In this document: piece by piece, positions 12,897 to 20,000 of the stretch | How positions within the stretch are numbered: position 1 is the stretch's first letter | Layout of the letters: each line of letters starts with the position of its first letter | NCBI RefSeq assembly: GCF_022539665.2 | Contig: NC_081333.1 | Location: 13,253,427-13,273,426, forward strand | Length of the DNA: 20,000 bases | Reading direction: 5' to 3' | Origin: Daphnia carinata | Taxonomy: Eukaryota | Made by a program: the position numbers and the translations under genes | The notes under the pieces: model-generated | Seen by the model: the letters and a program-made list of their open reading frames with translations, nothing else | What the model was told of the DNA's origin: nothing | The model's database searches: none

Positions 12897-13305
12897 ATTA
12901 TGGTTGACAATGGTAACAAAATGAATACACACATCTACACATGCAAACTCGTTTTAATTCTCAAATTGCAAATACCTGAAAGAGCATTAAACCGGAAGTT
13001 GTGTATTTGTAAAGCCTACACAGGCAAAATTTAGAGACAAATTGGCAAGCCTGGAAGAGAACGTGTGTCTATAGTTGTGTGATGTGCGGAAGATCAGAGC
13101 TTGAGGAATTTCATTCAAATAAAAAAAAAACTAGATTCACGGTCGTCATTTGAAATGAGTGAATGAACGTAACTTGGCGCAAGCGGAAAATCAAAATATA
13201 AAGAAGGAAAAAAGATTAAAAAACAAATTATTATAGAAGAAGAATTAAGGATGAACCACACTTTTATCAACAAAGAAAATGTATCGTAATAGACGATTTA
13301 GGTTT

Positions 13306-16300
13306 TCAGCAAATGGAACAGCAATTTCCTGTCGATTCGATGGGTACCATTTCGCAAATCTTCGTCCTTTTCACGGGACCGTAGACAATCTGGCATTTCC
13401 TTGTGTAACCAGAAGCTTGGCACATTGTCGACGACGACGACGAGCCTTTATTGGACGAAGACGAGGCCGACATTGAGCTGGACAACAACGAAGACGACAT
13501 GGAAGGTGAAGAGATAGAAGGCATCATGATGGCCGGCTGGACATTGGCTGGTTGACTGCCCATGGGCACGAATCCACTGCTTATGTACGTCTTGGAGTAA
13601 CTACTGCTCGTTACATGTTTGCTGCCGCTCACTAACTTTGGTTGAGGCATTTGGGCCGGTCCTGGTTGCGGACGGGCCGGCAAAGTCTGACTGGGTGTCG
13701 ACGAAGGTTGATTAGCCGTTTGGTGATGAGACGACATAAACGTTCCGCTTCTGCTGTTGCTATTGGTCACGTGGTCAATCATGGCCGGAATCGGGACGCT
13801 GATCATCGACACCTGGTGTTCAAAAATGGAAGATGTGGCGGTCATGGATGGACCACCCCCACAACCACCTGTCGTACCGTAGTCTTGATCACCAGGCTGA
13901 CCTTGTTGTTCATCTTCCTCGCAAATCACTTGGTCCGTTTCTTCGTACTCGACCGGTTCGCCTCCTGTTGTGCCCACATCAGTCGGTTCTGGTAGATAAC
14001 CTGGTTCAGTGTCCGGTAATGATTCAGGTTCAGGTGCGTGATGCTCGGGTTCTGGTTGATAAGGCTCCGGGACGTAAGACTCTGGTTGCCTTTCTGGTTG
14101 ATAAGGAGCCTCAGGTTCCGGTTGAGTTTCCATTTCAGGTCCTTCCATGCCAAGCTCCGTTTCACCGCCGAGGTCCGGTTGATGGGCTTCTGGTTCGTGA
14201 TCGTGCTCAATCGGAATATCAGCTCTACCCGACGGACTCGACGAAGGTTTGCTGAAAAGGTCCTTAATGTCACCTTCTAGTTGATTCAATTGTTGGCAGG
14301 TGTCGCAAGGAGCGTGAGCTTCCGTTTGATGGCTGGTGGCCGAAGTGGTGACCACCTCAGCGCGGCCATTTCGACCGTTGCCGTTGGTTGCGTGGCCGTT
14401 AGCTCCGCGATCGACAAACGCTTGAGTCGAATCTCTGTGACTCCTCCTAGCGAATTCCCTCTGACTGTTGACGCTCGTGCTGCTGCCATGGCTGCTGCTT
14501 TGCTGTTGCGATTGTTGATGTTGTTGAGTGGCAACCGATTGACGACCTCCATTGCGATTACCAACCGTCCAGTGATGTTCGCGTCGATGATGTTCCTCTT
14601 CAGCCGCTGATTGGTGGCTCTTTTCTTGCTGTTGTTCTTCCATGATTTTCAACATAGTCGATTCTTCCATCATGTGTCCGTCTCCCGGCGCCACTTGTTC
14701 CCGGTGGACCACTTGTTCTTTATTAATGGATTGATGTGACGTCATTTGATGCGATTGTTTTTGTTGATGGTACAATTCTTGTTGGCGTTCGTATTCTTGC
14801 ATAGCAACGCGTTCCTCTTCTTCCTGTTGTCGCTTCGCCTGTTGCCGTTTCATCTGTTGACGTTCGTATTCTTCCAATTCAGCGCGACGCTGCTGTTCGA
14901 TGCGTTGCTGTTCGATTCGCTGCTGCTCGATGCGTTGCTGTTCGATCCGCTGCTGTTGCAACTGCTGTTCCCTCTGGCGGATCAACTGCTGTTTGCGCTC
15001 GTGTTCCTCCATAGCTGCGCGACGTTGTTGTTCCTCCCTGCGTTGTTTTTCTTCGGCGGCAGCGCGACGTTGCTGTTCTTCCAGAGCTGCGCGACGTTGC
15101 TGTTCTTCCAAAGCGATTCGACGTTGTTGCTCTTCCAAAGCCACGCGACGTCTTTCCTCTTCCAATTGCTGCTCTCTCTGACGGGCCAATTCTTGTTGGC
15201 GTTCCTCTTCTTCTTGACGAGCGGCTGCCAGTCTTTGTTGTTCCTCTAAAGCAGCTGCACGTCTTTGCTGTTCCAATTCGATGGCCACACGTCGCTGTTC
15301 TTCGATGGCTACTCGACGCTGTTGCTCTTGTTGTTGTTTTTGTTGCTGCAAAATGCGGCTAGTCGATTGGGATGTTGATTGCTGTTGACGTTGTTGTTCT
15401 TGCACTTGATGGACTTGTTGTTGGACTTGTTGTCTCTCAACCTGACCGACCATGTGCTGGAAGTCGGGTTGTTGCGGCTGTTGTGGTTGAAGTTGCTGCG
15501 GCTGTTGAGGTTGTTGGTATACGACGCGTCGTGGATGTTGGGGCTGACTCACTCGTTGCTGTTGCTGTTGTTGTTGGATGACAGATTGCTGTTGTTGTTG
15601 CTGTTGGATGATGGATTGCTGTTGTTGCTGTTGCTGGACAGTCCGCGATTCAGCTACGCGACGGTGAGCTGGTTGTTGCGGTTGTGGCTGCTGGGGGATG
15701 TTGGCCGTTATGTCGGAATCGAAGCCCAATTGGATGGGTACTCGGTCAGGTCCTAACGGTCCCGAATACCAGTGAGTAGTCGTGTAACCATTGGCGTCCG
15801 TCACCTTCCACGTGTACGTTTTCTGAGTTGAACCGGCCGTTTGAGTGACGGTTGCATCGCGGGGAATGGGGCCAGTCCATGAACTGACAGGTCGGCGGCC
15901 ACCTCCCAAAATGCTGGGACTCGGACCACCTACGTCCAGCTCTGAAGGCATTTGAATTCGAATGGGAGTTCTGTCGGGGCCCAATGGTCCTGTATACCAA
16001 TGGGTCGTTGAGTAACCGTTGGCATCCTGCACTTTCCAAGTGTACGTCAGCTGAGACGATCCAGCCTCTTGGGTGACGGTCGCATCACGAGGAATGGAGC
16101 CAGTCCAAGCTACCGGTCCTTTGCCAGGTCCTTTAGTGTTGCCTTGAGGCATATGACGTCCAACGGGCATCATCATCGATTGCAAATCAGAGGCGTCCAT
16201 CAGAGAAGAGTGAGAAAACGAGCTGGAACTGCTGAAGCTATTCGACAGTCCCGATCGTTCCATCGGAGAGCCGCCCATCATTGAAGGTGAAGAGAACGAG

Positions 16301-17471
16301 GACATGGAGTGTCCCTTTTCAGGTGATTGAAACGATTGCTGGAAACTGAACTGAGACATTTGTCTTCCTTGTTGCAATTGACCATCGCTGTTGGACTCGA
16401 GGTTACGAGTGTCCGGTCGTCGGGCAAATGTGCCCGATGCGCTGGTAGCTTCCAATCGTCTGTGATTTTTGGTAGGAGGGTAGGACGAATCCTCGCCTAA
16501 ATTGCTGTAAGCCTGGGCGTATCCGTTTCCATTAGTACGAGATTCAGCCGAGTCCAGTGTGGCTTTGGCCCACGCCGAACTTGAAGTCGGTTGCCATGGG
16601 TTAGCTGATCTCTTTGACCTCACTTTGGGCGTCTCACTGCTCTCTGCGTTTCGGGAATTGATTTTGAAATCGAGCCCTAGATGGCGTTGTTAAAATTATA
16701 GGTAAATACCTTCAATTGGTTGATTAGCTTGTTCCGGATCGCTGATCAACATGTGGATTTCTCTTCCTTCACAGATGGCATTTAATCGCGCATCGGTCGG
16801 TTCCGTCTATTATTCACCAGTATTCCACATTGTGTAAAGATAAGAACAAATCAGTTTAAAAACGTTTGGCTGCGGAATTAAATAGGAAAATACCGTTGCA
16901 TTGACGATGTATAATGTGCGGGGCGCCTGTCTGACAAACACTTCGTGAAGCGATTGCTCTTTAATGGCCTTCAACAGTTGATCGAAACTGAGGTCGACCA
17001 GTTGTTCCACGTAGCAGATGTTTTCGCCTTCGGCCCGATAAACTGCGATTCCCTGAATTTTATTGATGTTTTAAAGGAAAAAACAAAGAAAGTCAAACGA
17101 TGAAAAATTCTAAATGAAAATCGATATTTACAGATTTGAAATCGTAGAGTGTCTCCAGCTCATGGTGGTCACCGTGTGTCGAAACTGGAACCGACCAAAT
17201 TGTTTCCTCTTCGTGATTAATTCTTACTCGAACGGGAATCCTCCTACGACCGACTTTATGAATCGTCATCATCTAATTTTCAATTAAATAAATTATCCAT
17301 CTTAAAAAAAAAACTAATTAGCAGTTATGATACCTCATCGGGCAAAGACGATTCCTCATTTTCTAACTGCGCTGTCACTACGGTAGACATAAAGCCACAG
17401 ATGAAAACGATAGCTAATCCGACCAAGCCGGCCAGGAACACACCATTTGGAGGCCTATTCGCCCGCCTCAT
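13306..17471 (-). CDS. secreted or type-II precursor: hydrophobic N-terminus, BRICHOS-like domain, furin site, then Q-rich cargo with Cys-rich C-terminus (~1290 aa, 5 exons)
   Basis: Exons 17471-17334, 17272-17132, 17052-16894, 16806-16710 and 16643-13306 splice in frame (phases 0, 0, 0, 1). The hydrophobic stretch is 'GVFLAGLVGLAIVFICGFMSTVVTA'. The BRICHOS-like pattern is 'ETLYDFKSGIAVYRAEGENICYV...RLNAICEGREIHML'. 'RSKR' lies at 16620-16609. The last exon contains the 1105-aa ORF. Confidence 0.85.
14880..15320 (-). repeat. coding repeats: (QQRIE) x4 at 15 bp and (EEQQRRxAL)-type at 27 bp
   Basis: Visible in the translation 'QQRIEQQRIEQQRIEQQRIEQQRR' and 'LEEQQRRIALEEQQRRAALEEQQRRAAA'. Confidence 0.9.
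15733..16116 (-). repeat. two copies of a ~52-aa W/Y/T-rich module within the precursor
   Basis: 'PVAWTGSIPRDATVTQEAGSSQLTYTWKVQDANGYSTTHWYTGPLGPDRTPI' (16116-15961) versus 'PVSSWTGPIPRDATVTQTAGSTQKTYTWKVTDANGYTTTHWYSGPLGPDRVPI' (15891-15733). Confidence 0.95.
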
Positions 17472-18601
17472 TTTTTTTTCTTCAACTCCCCTATTCAACG
17501 TTACCTGAAATGCGAAAAAGAGAAACACTTTAACAGGCAATGAAACGACATCATTTTGAGATATGATTTTTTTTATCCGTTAACAAACCGCACCACAAAA
17601 TGTAGAAAATCTCTGGCTGCTGGCGACGAGTAATGGAACTGGTTCGTCGAGATGTGCGATAGATTGGACACTTGTTCTGCTGCTACTGCGTAGTGCGAAG
17701 TTTGGGGACGGTATGCAGTCGCAGCAGTTCTTTCACTTCAATGATATGATAGGCGACGTGAAGAAATTTGTGTTGACGATGAATATCGGATGGAGCAAAA
17801 GTCAAGGATGAGGGAGGGGAGACGGAGAAGACGCCAGTGGCTGATGCCGACACGAGATATCGACGCGATGAAGCAGACGGTCCATCATATTTACATTAAC
17901 TACTTGTATACTTTGCTGCTGGATGATTGGCTTGCTCGAGGTCGAGCTGACCAGCGCCATTTCAACTGTACTGACGTCCATCGTTTTTCTAATTATTTTT
18001 TGGGGATTCAGCGCCAAGGCGATGCATGATGAAATGGCCAAACGATGTTTGCAACAGTTCATTTTCTGCTTAAACGTATCTTGATTATTTTTTAAAATAA
18101 TGATTCGTTTCATTTTAATGATTAACTTACCTTTTCTTGTTGTTTATCTGGGCCATTGGACGATCAGTAAATATTGGCGATGATGTTTCAACATTTTTTT
18201 TCCAACGAGTTGCTCTATTCCAATCCGATAATCGAATCCGAGGTTGATGCGTATTGCTTAATGACGTCACAATCAACTTTTCTGGTTTTTCCTCTGCTGA
18301 CACTGCTAAATCAAAAGAATTACAGTTCACTTTGATCTTTTTCGAACGTATTCAAATGCATAATCTTTCCAATAGATATTTCTACAGTAAGCCAACTACG
18401 ACCCATATCCGCCATCGATCCCCATTTCGTTGAGCACGTCGGTTCGATATCTAAACTCTACAGCATGTCTACCATACAACATGTGGTGTCACACTTCTAT
18501 GTCAAGGCCGAAGGTAGAATATCTATAACATGGCCTAAAAAGCTGTGGGAACACATGTGTAAGTGACGCCGTCTGTTTTCTTAAAGTTTGTAGGAGCAAT
18601 A

Positions 18602-18833
18602 CGATACGATTAAACTCTTGGTCGAATTTGGCATTGACAAAAACGCAAAGGATGACGATGAATGGGACGCACTTCATCTTTTGTGCAGACACAATTCAAG
18701 CCCACACTTAATTGATTCGATTACATTCTCGATCAAACACGATGTCAACAGATAAAAGCAAAGTATGGAATGCCCATTCGATTTGAGTCATCACAATACA
18801 AATCTTACCTACCACAACGTGGACGAAATCTTA
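18602..18833 (+). pseudogene. degenerate fragment of the kinase-ankyrin gene family (one ankyrin unit plus C-terminal tail)
   Basis: It translates as 'DTIKLLVEFGIDKNAKDDDEWDALHLLCRHNSSPHLIDSI..*'. The following 'gatttgagtcatcacaatacaaatctt...acgaaatctt' resembles 9017-9070 'gatttgagtcggcgcaatccaaatctt...acgaaatctt'. Confidence 0.88.
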
Positions 18834-19503
18834 AGAATTCTATTGTTGCAAGAACGTCCCCAAGCTAAAATGCGGAATTAAAAGCGCAGTAGGGCTAGTT
18901 CTCGAGTTGGCCACCAGTTGTCGTATGCAGTAGACGAATAGCTTCTTAACGCAGTGAACTTTTCTTTAAATGATTGTGTAAAGACAGCTTCGACTCTTAA
19001 AAAAAAAATGATTCAAGGTTCGAAACTCGATGGTTCGCGTTGCGTCTTACTTTTTAATAACCACATTGCAGCATCGTTCCAGATGTCACCCCTTGCCACC
19101 GCCCCTTTTGTTCACCCCTATCGGACATTAGGATGGAAATGCCCAAATTGTAACATACAGCACACCCTTGATCTCTTTCGTAATATCAGATTATTTCGTG
19201 TCCGGGCAGCAGACGTGATTGGCTGAGAGATCCTAACCAAACCATTTGTGTACCACCCACGACAAGCTGATCAGAATATTCCCCAAACTGAAAGTCGAAG
19301 CTAAACTAATATAAAGAGAAGGACTTGAAGTTCAGCTGAAGGTCAACGGTGGTTTGGACCAAAGAAGTTCAACTTTTTTCAGTTGAAACTTCCATTGAAG
19401 TTGTGGCCAAACAGTCTCCTCGTTCAACCATCTACCGGACAGTTGACGCAAAAATACAACTTAAGAAAGAGTTGATTAGACTTATTTGTATTAAGTTCGA
19501 CTA

Positions 19504-19772
19504 CATGACCATTCCAGTCGAGATTTAAAAAACAAATTCTCTTTGCCAAGGCGATGACAGTGTGAAAAAAAAACCCGGTGTAAATCTTGGTCTCTTATGG
19601 AAGAGTAGAGCTTAGATTTTATCAGTGCTAATTTCATTTTTCTTTCGTGAGTAACTGATTCAACAGTTTTACAGTAAATGAGGAAAAAGTCAAGAGATAC
19701 AAAACATCTAAATAGTTGTGCTGGAGTTAATGAATCAGTGAAATTTATTTGTGGATTTTCAGACAGGACACT
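19504..19772 (+). repeat. diverged duplicate of the CFAP418 upstream/5' region (11161-11433)
   Basis: Collinear shared blocks include 'tcgagatttaaaaaa', 'gccaaggcgatgacagtgtgaaaa', 'taaatcttggtctctta', 'gaagagtagagcttagattt' and 'aacatctaaatagttgtg'. Confidence 0.93.
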
Positions 19773-19839
19773 TTGTTTTCCCCGGCGATTGGATATTCAA
19801 CGATAGTCCGATCGCATTATTGTAATCGACGATTATGGA

Positions 19840-20000
19840 TCAGCAATTTTCAGTCGATTCGACGGGTATGAGTTCGCAAATTTTCGTCCTCTTTTCGGGA
19901 CCGTAGACAAATTGGCATTTCTTTGCGTAACCAGAAGTTTGGCACCCTGTCGACGACGACGAGCCATTTTTCGACGAAGACGACGAAGAAGCTGACATTG
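19840..20000 (-). CDS. 3' end of a paralog of the BRICHOS-like precursor (partial, continues beyond the window; may be a pseudogene)
   Basis: The minus strand reads 'MSASSSSSSKNGSSSSTGCQTSGYAKKCQFVYGPEKRTKICELIPVESTENC*', compared with 'MSASSSSNKGSSSSSTMCQASGYTRKCQIVYGPVKRTKICEMVPIESTGNCCSIC*' at 13306-13473. Confidence 0.85.
   Translation of the reverse strand, partial: MSASSSSSSKNGSSSSTGCQTSGYAKKCQFVYGPEKRTKICELIPVESTENC

Noticed and set aside
13279..16284. Numerous plus-strand and alternative-frame ORFs (Leu-, Cys- and Val-rich) overlapping the long minus-strand ORF
   Set aside because: They are shadows of CAA/CAG-rich coding sequence, with no independent motifs or splice support.
16644..16678. 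Alternative in-frame acceptor at ~16677 for the last exon of the precursor
   Set aside because: It would give a ~33-nt intron, much shorter than the others in this window. The acceptor at 16644 gives 66 nt.
19350..19413. Imperfect inverted repeat (gtttggacca...tggccaaac) as a MITE
   Set aside because: It is too short and imperfect, and no target-site duplication is evident.
19840..19842. TGA as a selenocysteine codon
   Set aside because: I recognised no SECIS element, homology collapses two codons later and the final Cys is also lost, so a nonsense change is simpler.

Overview
This is eukaryotic, AT-rich DNA with short (~60-85 nt) GT-AG introns. Gene content and intron size suggest a Daphnia-like crustacean, which is an inference. 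From left to right it contains: (1) a degraded minus-strand vasa-like DEAD-box helicase pseudogene (1-~1013); (2) a ~160-180 bp AT-rich tandem array (1336-2050); (3) ~3 kb of decayed minus-strand exon-like debris with weak transposase-like and PHD-like hints; (4) an intact 4-exon gene (6816-9082, ~686 aa) joining an IRE1-like Ser/Thr kinase to nine near-identical 37-aa ankyrin repeats that vary mostly at binding-surface positions; (5) a 4-exon CFAP418/C8orf37 homolog (11499-12571); (6) a convergent 5-exon gene (17471-13306, ~1290 aa) built as signal/anchor, BRICHOS-like domain, furin site RSKR, then a ~1100-aa cargo with a duplicated beta-rich module, Q-rich and E/R-rich tracts and a Cys-rich tail; and (7) from ~18600, a collinear decayed duplicate of the ankyrin 3' end, the CFAP418 upstream region and the BRICHOS-gene 3' end, with CFAP418 itself missing. 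The two most novel-looking elements are the BRICHOS precursor with a very large Q-rich cargo and the kinase with a variable ankyrin array.
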